A DNA stretch of 64,000 bases from a virus (lineage: Duplodnaviria > Caudoviricetes). Each line of letters opens with the position of its first letter. The first letter of the stretch is position 1. Both the position numbers and the translations under genes were made by a program. Shown piece by piece: positions 49,090-57,384 of the stretch. The stretch covers positions 34,668-98,667 of IMG/VR virus record IMGVR_UViG_2974731583_000001, one strand, 5' to 3'. The notes below the pieces were generated by a model. That model did no database searches, was not told the origin of the DNA, and saw only the letters and a list, made by a program, of their open reading frames with translations.

Positions 49090-49842
49090 TTATACTTCTG
49101 GTTTATACACACGATCCCAATACGTAGTAATGGAACCGTCTTCGTTTCCGGTGGCAATAACTATATCCTTTCCTGCAATATGTTTTGCTCTAGCTTGCAT
49201 GATGGTTTCCTCATCACTGTTCTTAAAGCTAATATGGGTTTCGTTACCTTTACGGTACATATAACCCACAGCATCTGCTAGTCCACATATAATTCTACCG
49301 AGTTTTCCGACTAGATCGATTTCTTTTGCGTTTACTTCTTGTCCGTCTTTTTCTGTTATACTATCTTTGACATGTCCAATCAATATAAATTGATCACACA
49401 GCTCTTTAAACATATCGATTACTTTCTTTACAGCATCGCGTAAGTACTTATAACCTGCACCTCGTGGTAGTGTTGTTACATCTGTTCCTTTCCAGTTTTT
49501 ACCCAGTTCGGTAGAACGATATAATGTACAGGCATAAGACATACAAATGTCTTCGAGTCGTGTTGCATTATCGATAGTAATGTGTTTATAGAATTTATGT
49601 CCAACCTCTTCGTTCTTAGCTCGAATGGCTTGAGCAATTTCGCCTAAGTCTGCGATTGTTCTTGCTTGAACAGCAAGAGCATCGATAAACTTAGATCCGC
49701 CTTCTAGGTCTATAATAAGATTGTTCTCTATTTGTGCTACAGCACTAGTTTTACCTGTTTTAGGCAAACCATAGAGAACAAGATATTGTGGATTTGTTGA
49801 AGTTGCTGGAACTTTTTTGGTAGGTAGTACTAATGTGCTCAT
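49090..49842 (-). CDS. Sak4-like / AAA_24 ATPase (recombination-associated)
   Basis: LYGLPKTGKT; IIDLEGG; ITIDNAT; GAGY; ILIGH. Adjacent to SSB. Confidence 0.8.
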   Translation of the reverse strand: MSTLVLPTKKVPATSTNPQYLVLYGLPKTGKTSAVAQIENNLIIDLEGGSKFIDALAVQARTIADLGEIAQAIRAKNEEVGHKFYKHITIDNATRLEDICMSYACTLYRSTELGKNWKGTDVTTLPRGAGYKYLRDAVKKVIDMFKELCDQFILIGHVKDSITEKDGQEVNAKEIDLVGKLGRIICGLADAVGYMYRKGNETHISFKNSDEETIMQARAKHIAGKDIVIATGNEDGSITTYWDRVYKPEV

Positions 49843-49844
49843 TT

Positions 49845-50282
49845 TTATTGAATAACACTAATTTTTAAACCGTTTACGTAAATATCAACAATTGTCTTCT
49901 TTGTCTTCTTAGGAAGAAGATTAAAGAAACTCTTTTTGCTAAAATCGTTATAAAAATACAGATCAAAGCCAATTTGAATAGAGTCCTCAAAGAAGATTAC
50001 AGGAGTATTACCAATGTAATATGTTACACCATATACATAGGGGGTATTATTCTTACCATAGTTGGCAAGAAAATTCTTGGCATCGATAAAAGTAGCTACA
50101 TCGTCAATAGTCGTGGTCTTACTTGTAGTATTGGTGGTGTTCAGGTAATAGTTCTTATCCATTACATCAGCAATAATAAGATCATCGAGCATCTTAGAAT
50201 AATCGGGCTTCTCAGCACGAAAGTTAAAGATTGAATTACTAGTGTTATTACTCTTATCAAAATCAAAAATATAGTTTTTCAT
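49845..50282 (-). CDS. Hypothetical protein, 145 aa
   Basis: Clean ORF abutting the next gene. Confidence 0.65.
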   Translation of the reverse strand: MKNYIFDFDKSNNTSNSIFNFRAEKPDYSKMLDDLIIADVMDKNYYLNTTNTTSKTTTIDDVATFIDAKNFLANYGKNNTPYVYGVTYYIGNTPVIFFEDSIQIGFDLYFYNDFSKKSFFNLLPKKTKKTIVDIYVNGLKISVIQ

Positions 50283-50321
50283 ATGTTCAGCCTTTTTTAA
50301 ATGTGTATACTATATCGTCTA

Positions 50322-51248
50322 TCAGCATTCTATCAGATTGTTGTACATCAGTTCGTTCTCGAATTCGATTATACAAGGTTTTCCCGCATCTCTATTTTTC
50401 AAGATGTGCAAGTACACCTTATTACTTGTCTGCAAATGACTTGGTCCGTATTCTGATATACCAAGGATTTCTGGTCGGTGTAATACTAATACGTAATCAC
50501 TCGCTTGGAATACTGCGTCAGACGACGAAATATCACTACGCATAGGGTAGTGGTTTGATGGATTGTTTATTCTTTCTGAAGATTCTATATTTCTATTCAT
50601 TTGACCAAGCTGTATAACAGAAGTTAGAGGGAGTTTCTTTACTTGGATAAAGACTCTTTCTAACTCACTAATTGTTTCTAATACAGAACCAATCGGTTTT
50701 GTTAATAAAGTATGGTCATATATGATAACAAAGTGTTTATTTGTTCCTTTAACGTGTTCGTTGTAGAAACTCATAATAACTTCATTTACCTGCATGGGAG
50801 TCATCGGATTATCTACAAAGTAGATAGGATACTCCTTTAGCTGATTGGAAACATTTATGACTTTTCTGAATGTATCATCGTCTAGGTCCGTTTCCGAACT
50901 ATACAGGGTGGAAGTTGTTTTTCTAATTTTGTTAGAAATTGTTCTTCCAACTTGCCTAAATCCAACCATTTCTAATGAAAAGGTAAGAATTATAGTTTCT
51001 TCATTAGGATTACAATCTATCAAGTCAGTTTGGATTAAGTTCGCCATTGAACTCTTTCCGCTTCCCGAGATGCCAACTATGGTATAAACGGTATTTGGTT
51101 CAATACCTCCCATACATTGCTTGTTAAACTTTTTCCATCTCGTTTTTAGGGATACTATATTATGTTCTCGTCTTCCTGCCATATAAGCGATAGCTTCTTT
51201 CGTTACTACGCTCATTGGTCTAACGATTTTAGACAAATTCTGTTCCAT
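50322..51248 (-). CDS. dnaB: DnaB-like replicative helicase (C-terminal ATPase domain only); likely start MEQNL at 51248
   Basis: GISGSGKS; FSLEM; IIYDH; LGQMNR; P.RSD..SS....QASDYV; KNRD. Confidence 0.85.
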   Translation of the reverse strand: MEQNLSKIVRPMSVVTKEAIAYMAGRREHNIVSLKTRWKKFNKQCMGGIEPNTVYTIVGISGSGKSSMANLIQTDLIDCNPNEETIILTFSLEMVGFRQVGRTISNKIRKTTSTLYSSETDLDDDTFRKVINVSNQLKEYPIYFVDNPMTPMQVNEVIMSFYNEHVKGTNKHFVIIYDHTLLTKPIGSVLETISELERVFIQVKKLPLTSVIQLGQMNRNIESSERINNPSNHYPMRSDISSSDAVFQASDYVLVLHRPEILGISEYGPSHLQTSNKVYLHILKNRDAGKPCIIEFENELMYNNLIEC

Positions 51249-51789
51249 ACGCTTTTGTAGCTTTTGACTCATCGTTCATTTCATCTTCAATTGCTTCCCA
51301 TTGGTTTCTTGTTAACCAATTCCACATGGTCATCATATACCCACTAGAGCCTTCGCGCGAACGTTTTGCTAGTTCGTATTCTAGACATCTAATTAGGTGT
51401 TCTGCTGTTGCAGGATTATGACCACATTTAGTATTGAACATGTTTCTACACTTATTTACGTTTGCACGCAAATAGCTTTTGGACCCATCTTTTCTAATAA
51501 CATATACAGGGTACATTTCGTAAAACAGATCAAAATAGTTCTTTTTTAGGGTAAGAACTTCGTTAGCTTTCTCTGTTATACTATATGTTACCGTATCACT
51601 ATTCTCTATCATAGTGACATATCCTTTATCAATTAAGTCTGATATTTCAACGTCGTCAATAAGGCTGACTAATTTACGAGCGCTTTGATCTAATTTTTGA
51701 TTCTTACTCAATATCAAACTTAGGAAGATTAACTGATTGTTATTTATATCTCCTAGGTTTAGGAGATCAGTGTTTACTTCTAAAATCAT
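51229..51789 (-). CDS. Putative replication initiator / helicase loader (wHTH plus FYEMYP...WL....WE)
   Basis: F..FY..YP and WL.+..WE motifs typical of phage replication-organiser C-domains. Overlaps the helicase start. Confidence 0.55.
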   Translation of the reverse strand: MILEVNTDLLNLGDINNNQLIFLSLILSKNQKLDQSARKLVSLIDDVEISDLIDKGYVTMIENSDTVTYSITEKANEVLTLKKNYFDLFYEMYPVYVIRKDGSKSYLRANVNKCRNMFNTKCGHNPATAEHLIRCLEYELAKRSREGSSGYMMTMWNWLTRNQWEAIEDEMNDESKATKAYGTEFV

Positions 51790-51816
51790 ACTATTGACTC
51801 GTCGGTTCTAAGTTGG

Positions 51817-53706
51817 TTAAAAAAGTTCTAATTGTTGTTCAGTAAAGTCAGAAATTATCTTTTTGGCTTCGCTGATATAGTAACGGTAATTTACCTTTCG
51901 GTCTACCATTAAGCGATCATCGAGTTTATTTAAAACAGTTACTCCAGATTTCGTTAACATGTTGTTATATTGTAGTTCTCCATCTGGATTTTGTTTAACT
52001 TTATATAGGTATGCACCATTTGTTGATGCATAAAACCTATTTATTCGTTGAATTGGTTTATCTCCATGTTCAACTTTAAACTTTCTATCGACAGCTTGTG
52101 TCATTAGAAAATCATATATATCGTTATCGTTTTTAATAAACTCGTCAACGGATTGTCCGGTTAAGAAATAATTTATAACAGCTTTTGGTATTACAACCGG
52201 TGCTAAGCCTTTACCAAGTTTTGTTTCTGTTATAAACATACCTTTCTTTTCTATCAATTTTGGATTATGAGATTTTGACCATCCTTTAATGACACCAAAG
52301 TAGTCATTTATAGCGTATTGATAAAACGCTTCGTACTCATCTATTTCAAAACTAAGTTGGGTTATAGATTCTACTTCTGCTATAGCTTCCTGAATTCTAT
52401 TTGCAGAAGTCTTTTTTGATCTATAAACTACACCATCTGTATTGCATTGGATAATCTCACAGCCCAATGACAATAAGCGATCCACAACCATCAATAAAAT
52501 CAACTGACCGTTAATTCTAATTTTGAATACGTTAAATGGATCATATAACCAACTTACCTCCTGTTGCATCTTGCCTGTAGGAGAATTAAGCACAATTTTT
52601 AGGAACTTGTTCTTAAGGTCTTGACCAGTACGTTTTGCTTCTATTCTCTCTTTATACAAATTTGAGAATATATCGCAAAATAATTTTCCTAAGTGGCGAG
52701 GTCCCCATTGATATTTAATCAATAGAGACGGATACATTGATGTTACATCAGCGTGTCCAATAAACTCGTCATCTTTAGGGAGGAATATTTTAGGAGTATG
52801 TATAGTATGTATACCACCAACTCCTATAGAATACACCACATTCGAGAGAACAAACTTCTTCTCGTAGCCTTTTCGCTCTTTAGAGTAAACTACCTGTTCC
52901 TTCATTTCCTCTAAAATGCTCTGTAACTTTGGGTTTTTGTATTTTATAAATGGCAGAATGACATCTTTCAATGGAATATAGTCCATTGGAGATCTCATTT
53001 CCTTTATAACATTTTTCGGAATACCTGATTTATTAGAATATTCTTCTAACAAAAAGGTTTCTGCCATTTTCACAGAATCCATCGATAAACAATCAATTCC
53101 GTGTTCGTGTTCAATAAATAATCGCAATTCGACATCACCCTTCAGTTTGTTTAATAACTCTTCTGTTGAGTTAACGTCGTTTATATTGTAGGATATCATA
53201 TTGTCTATTTCACATGCAGGAAGATTGTTTTCAAAATCTCCTTCATACTCATATACGTTTTTATAACGCATTGTTATCTGCATTGTTTTCAGTCCTACAC
53301 GCAATTTTCTACTAAACAACATTGTTAATAAGTCCATAGAATAGAAGTAATTTGCATACCTCCATCTTTTGACTTTATCTCTTGTTTCATCCTCGTCTTT
53401 TACCAATGTTTGTGAAAGATTGAACAGAGAGCCACATATTTTCCAATACGGTAAGAATTGCATCTTGTTGTAATAGTCTATAATATAGTTTATAATAACA
53501 TCATCGTAGTGTTTGTTATTATACCCGCAGAACATTTTGTCAGTACCAGATACGAAAAAACCAACTAGTTTATCCAGCTGGTTCTTTCTTTCTGATATTT
53601 CAAATTTGTATAGTTCTCCGGTCTCTGTGTCCTTTGCACAACAATGGAATACGTTAGGAAATATTTCTATGTCGTAGACATATACTTTTTTGTTTCGTAT
53701 CCACAT
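51817..53706 (-). CDS. polB: DNA polymerase family B with 3'-5' exonuclease, 629 aa
   Basis: ExoI YDIE, ExoII GYNNKHYD, ExoIII YNINDV. Region II DVTSMYPS, region III K..LNS.TGK, region I NTDG. Confidence 0.9.
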   Translation of the reverse strand: MWIRNKKVYVYDIEIFPNVFHCCAKDTETGELYKFEISERKNQLDKLVGFFVSGTDKMFCGYNNKHYDDVIINYIIDYYNKMQFLPYWKICGSLFNLSQTLVKDEDETRDKVKRWRYANYFYSMDLLTMLFSRKLRVGLKTMQITMRYKNVYEYEGDFENNLPACEIDNMISYNINDVNSTEELLNKLKGDVELRLFIEHEHGIDCLSMDSVKMAETFLLEEYSNKSGIPKNVIKEMRSPMDYIPLKDVILPFIKYKNPKLQSILEEMKEQVVYSKERKGYEKKFVLSNVVYSIGVGGIHTIHTPKIFLPKDDEFIGHADVTSMYPSLLIKYQWGPRHLGKLFCDIFSNLYKERIEAKRTGQDLKNKFLKIVLNSPTGKMQQEVSWLYDPFNVFKIRINGQLILLMVVDRLLSLGCEIIQCNTDGVVYRSKKTSANRIQEAIAEVESITQLSFEIDEYEAFYQYAINDYFGVIKGWSKSHNPKLIEKKGMFITETKLGKGLAPVVIPKAVINYFLTGQSVDEFIKNDNDIYDFLMTQAVDRKFKVEHGDKPIQRINRFYASTNGAYLYKVKQNPDGELQYNNMLTKSGVTVLNKLDDRLMVDRKVNYRYYISEAKKIISDFTEQQLELF

Positions 53707-53790
53707 GACTCTCAGGTTCTTAGTTATACTTAGTGCGTGTGGGGGTTATAATCCCCCTACAGCTATATTATGCTGTACACGCTTCACATG

Positions 53791-54495
53791 TTATGCCACT
53801 TTCTTTTTTATTGGCACTAATACCCCTCCGGTTTTTCCTCCGTGAGATTTTAATACCGCACATGTCATGTTTTTATGGTCTTTCCATGTGGCAGTGGTAA
53901 TTGCCTGTGCTTTTAATATCAACTTAGACTTTTTTGAGTCTAATATGTTGACATTATGGCCTTCGTTATGAGCATCTTTTATTTTTGCAATAAGATGATC
54001 TTCATATACGTGAGGTTTTACCTCGAATCGGCCTATTAGTGGTAGCTTATTAAACATAGTCGTAACCAAACGTTCTATGTTACCAATCGCTGCTTTTTTC
54101 TTTTCTTCCCATTCAGGTAGGAATTGAGATTCAAACAGGTCTTTTTGTGAATCATCTGTTTTTACTGGACATGGATTTCGTTTAATCCACTTTTCTAGCT
54201 TATAATTCACAAAGGCTTTCATTTTTTCATCTTTTGATAGATTCTTAAACAAAGTCTTTTCTATAAGAGAATAGTCTCTGTACTCTTTTTTACCTAAGTT
54301 CTTTGGTTGTGGATATGACATCTTCTTCCAAGAATCATCATATACATACTCTCCAGCATCGTTTTTAACTATTTTACGATGCTTGTTCTCGAACTGGGGT
54401 ATTGTATTGTTATTAACCGTATATTTACGAGAATTGGTTGCAAGGTGCGCTACTTTTCTTCTACGAACCTTAATACGAATGCTGCTATGTCCCAT
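53791..54495 (-). CDS. Hypothetical basic protein, 234 aa
   Basis: Clean ORF, Lys-rich. Confidence 0.7.
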   Translation of the reverse strand: MGHSSIRIKVRRRKVAHLATNSRKYTVNNNTIPQFENKHRKIVKNDAGEYVYDDSWKKMSYPQPKNLGKKEYRDYSLIEKTLFKNLSKDEKMKAFVNYKLEKWIKRNPCPVKTDDSQKDLFESQFLPEWEEKKKAAIGNIERLVTTMFNKLPLIGRFEVKPHVYEDHLIAKIKDAHNEGHNVNILDSKKSKLILKAQAITTATWKDHKNMTCAVLKSHGGKTGGVLVPIKKKVA

Positions 54496-54518
54496 ATTAA
54501 TTTCTCTATGTAATGCAT

Positions 54519-55160
54519 TTATGCTGCTTTCTTTTTAAGTTGTTTGCCGCTATTTTTATTCTTTCGGATAGGCACAATAGTAGCCTTTTTTGCCTTTCTA
54601 GAGGCTCTGACATCAGCTAAGTTCTTCTTTTTCTTAGCTTCTGCTCGCTTTTCTATTTTGCTTTTCCGCTTTGCGACTTTCTTTTTCGGCACCTTTTTGT
54701 TTTGTACGACGTTATCTCCATCGTCAAAATCAATTCGTTTCTTGCGTACTAGCGGTTGTATCTTTGCGCTGTCTGGTAGAACTTCTCGTAATTTATTGAG
54801 CAATTCGTTATCTCCTACGAACTTCATCCAGTATTCCATGATAATATTATCGTTGGCTTTTGTATCTATGTGCTTGTTTACTATAGACGATATAATCTTG
54901 TAATCCTTTTGAGGAAAGAACACATATATGTCATATGTGTTAGGAGATGCCAGGAGCTCTTTCAGTTTTTCTACGTATGCATTAGTCTTTTCTTCAGACA
55001 ATCCATATCTCTTGCATCTTCTTTTCAATGCGTTGACACGGAATGCAACATAATTTTGTTCACGACGCTCTGCTTTTGTGAGCTTACTTGTGTTATCTAC
55101 TGTATTCTCGGTTGTAGTCTGACCATTATTGGCAGTGTCTACTATGGTATTTTTCTTCAT
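54519..55160 (-). CDS. Hypothetical protein with very basic (histone-like) C-terminal tail, 213 aa
   Basis: KKVPKKKVAKRKSK...KQLKKKAA tail. Confidence 0.7.
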   Translation of the reverse strand: MKKNTIVDTANNGQTTTENTVDNTSKLTKAERREQNYVAFRVNALKRRCKRYGLSEEKTNAYVEKLKELLASPNTYDIYVFFPQKDYKIISSIVNKHIDTKANDNIIMEYWMKFVGDNELLNKLREVLPDSAKIQPLVRKKRIDFDDGDNVVQNKKVPKKKVAKRKSKIEKRAEAKKKKNLADVRASRKAKKATIVPIRKNKNSGKQLKKKAA

Positions 55161-55279
55161 AATTTGATATTATTAAATTAAACATGTGTCGTTATTACGA
55201 CTTAGTGACTAGGTGGGAGCATCGAATCCCTCTGATATAATATCAGCTGTCCACATACAAATCTAGTCTATCGATAACT

Positions 55280-55825
55280 TTATACTGTTATGTCATCGAT
55301 AAAATTATTTGAACAATTAGCAAGGTCAATCGTTGTGTTCTTATTGAACTTATCCAATGCTGCATCGTGCTTATTTGCCTCCATCTGATGTTTGTTTATC
55401 AGGGATGCAATCTTCGCAGATGTAAATGTTTCTATCTTGCTAAGCTTGTCCAAGCCCTTCTCTGCTTTAAGAGCTGGGTTTATAGTTTTAATCATCTTCA
55501 ACTGGGCAATTGCCTCTTTAGCCTCACCAGCAGCGAAGATTGAGTAATTGTTCGTCTTTTTAAATGCCTCTATGTCAAACATAGTGATACCCATATTGAG
55601 GTATTGTAGCATTCCTTTAATCATGATTCGTTTGTTAGCCATTTGAGTAATCTCATTATAGAGAGCTTTAAGGTCATAGTTAGAACCTAAACCTGCTTTC
55701 TTGGCTTTCTTACTCATTACGTTTTCACTTCGAATAATTCGCCAATAATCGTTAATTTTACGATCGAGGTTCTTACGAATGATGATTATACTACCTGAAT
55801 TCAACTTGATTGTCTTATTTTCCAT
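55280..55825 (-). CDS. Hypothetical helical protein, 181 aa
   Basis: Clean ORF with AT-rich leader. Confidence 0.7.
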   Translation of the reverse strand: MENKTIKLNSGSIIIIRKNLDRKINDYWRIIRSENVMSKKAKKAGLGSNYDLKALYNEITQMANKRIMIKGMLQYLNMGITMFDIEAFKKTNNYSIFAAGEAKEAIAQLKMIKTINPALKAEKGLDKLSKIETFTSAKIASLINKHQMEANKHDAALDKFNKNTTIDLANCSNNFIDDITV

Positions 55826-55891
55826 ATTATATTGATTAAATTAAACATTAGTTGAATTCGAGAAGTCATTTGCGTGATTTAAATTGGTTAC

Positions 55892-55949
55892 GAGCCAAGA
55901 TAAATCAAAGAATGTTTAAAGAACCGAGATAAACCAAAGAATGTCTAAA
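55892..55949. repeat. Imperfect 29-nt tandem repeat, 2 copies
   Basis: gagccaagataaatcaaagaatgtttaaa / gaaccgagataaaccaaagaatgtctaaa. Confidence 0.8.
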
Positions 55950-56143
55950 TAGGGATTAGAGTAAGTCTCCCGCAGAAGTATACTCAATGCCCCGCAGAGC
56001 ATGTTCCCTATTTTAGACATATGGTTTTGGAATATTCTAATATAAAATGTTAGATAAATTGATTTGTATATAATAGCACGTACATGTGTTGATCTCCCGA
56101 AGAAGTCTTCACAGCCCCCGCAGAGGCTTTTAGCGTACCCGCA

Positions 56144-56737
56144 TTATTTTCCACCAATCCATCGAGCATTCAATATTTCGAATACATTTCCAACGCAATC
56201 GACAACCTTAAATGTAACTGGTGTTACAGGTTGAGGTGTGTCTTTTACGTGTATCACAACTTTGTTATTACTGTCAGATGGTGACTCTTTTTGGGTGTGT
56301 GAATTAAGCCCACTAGTTTTCCAATATCCATCTGATGTTAAATGGCGTACAATGTCGAAGAATCGATCTACAAGCCAGTCCCAATTCTTTTCACGAATAC
56401 CTCGCATAAGAGTTTCGTGACCCAGTCCTTCTAAGACTGGTGTTGCAGCCTTGGTTCCAGCTGTCATATCGACTAATGCATCCCATACACGAAGAGCGAA
56501 CTCTTCAAATGAGATGTCTTTCTTACATTTGATAAGGTTATTCCAGAAGTTACCTAACGGAGAGTTCCAACTGTATTTACCCAACTGAATCAATCCGTTT
56601 TCACGGACGATTTTGACCGAAGTGTAACGCTCACTATGTTTGATAGGAGCAGTTACTCGGTCATAAATCTTTGGTTCCTTAAGGAGAGCCTGTATCAAAT
56701 CACAGCTTTTGGCTGTAAGAGAACCACAACTCTCCAT
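56144..56737 (-). CDS. Hypothetical protein, 197 aa
   Basis: Clean ORF 5 nt from the upstream stop. Confidence 0.7.
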   Translation of the reverse strand: MESCGSLTAKSCDLIQALLKEPKIYDRVTAPIKHSERYTSVKIVRENGLIQLGKYSWNSPLGNFWNNLIKCKKDISFEEFALRVWDALVDMTAGTKAATPVLEGLGHETLMRGIREKNWDWLVDRFFDIVRHLTSDGYWKTSGLNSHTQKESPSDSNNKVVIHVKDTPQPVTPVTFKVVDCVGNVFEILNARWIGGK

Positions 56738-56742
56738 ATTGT

Positions 56743-57366
56743 TTACTCTTCGTGATTAGCAGGAGAGATCACAATGGTAGGAGAACCAGGAGCACCTACT
56801 GCCTGTTTAGGAGTAGAGCTAAGAATCTGCTGGGTGTACTCGTTGGCACGATCTGAATTGTTCTTAATAGTAGAAATGAGACCGTCACGCATCTTTGTCA
56901 GTTGAGCAATAAATGCGTTGATACGAGCAACTTCAATCTGGTTCAACTCGTTTGCCTTCTTGGCAAGAGCCTCGCCATCTGCATAGATGGTATTAGAACC
57001 AGGGTTGGTGAGAGACTCCTTCATAGCCTCCTCAATCGGACGATTGAATGGATTGCTACCAGCGATGATAGCGGCACTTGCCTCAGATTTCTCTCCAGGA
57101 TTGAAGATCACAACGGTAGAACCATCTACGTTGGTCTTAATCTGCTGAGATACTACGTCATAACCGCGTACGACGTAGCGGACAGGAGTGCGGTTTGGCA
57201 TAAAATCTTTAGAACCGCTGTTGCTGTTCTCGAGCTTTACGCGGTCGAAGTCGGGGTACGACTCTACTGCACCGAGGGTGAAATACTTTCCGCCAAGGAG
57301 GCCTCCAATAATGTTAAGTTGCTTGCGGTTCTTTTCTACTACCGCCATGTTTACGTTTGTTTCCAT
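56743..57366 (-). CDS. Hypothetical protein, 207 aa, codon bias suggests high expression
   Basis: Clean ORF rich in AAG/GAG/AAC codons like MCP. Confidence 0.75.
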   Translation of the reverse strand: METNVNMAVVEKNRKQLNIIGGLLGGKYFTLGAVESYPDFDRVKLENSNSGSKDFMPNRTPVRYVVRGYDVVSQQIKTNVDGSTVVIFNPGEKSEASAAIIAGSNPFNRPIEEAMKESLTNPGSNTIYADGEALAKKANELNQIEVARINAFIAQLTKMRDGLISTIKNNSDRANEYTQQILSSTPKQAVGAPGSPTIVISPANHEE

Positions 57367-57384
57367 ATGTCTTATCCTTTTTGA

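Noticed and set aside
49074-49157. Track start (49157) for the SSB gene
   Set aside because: It overlaps the Sak4-like gene by 68 nt. ATG 49073 has a better context and matches the primase N-terminus.
55892-56127. CRISPR array
   Set aside because: Only two adjacent imperfect repeats with no spacers, plus short hairpin motifs at irregular spacing. No cas genes.
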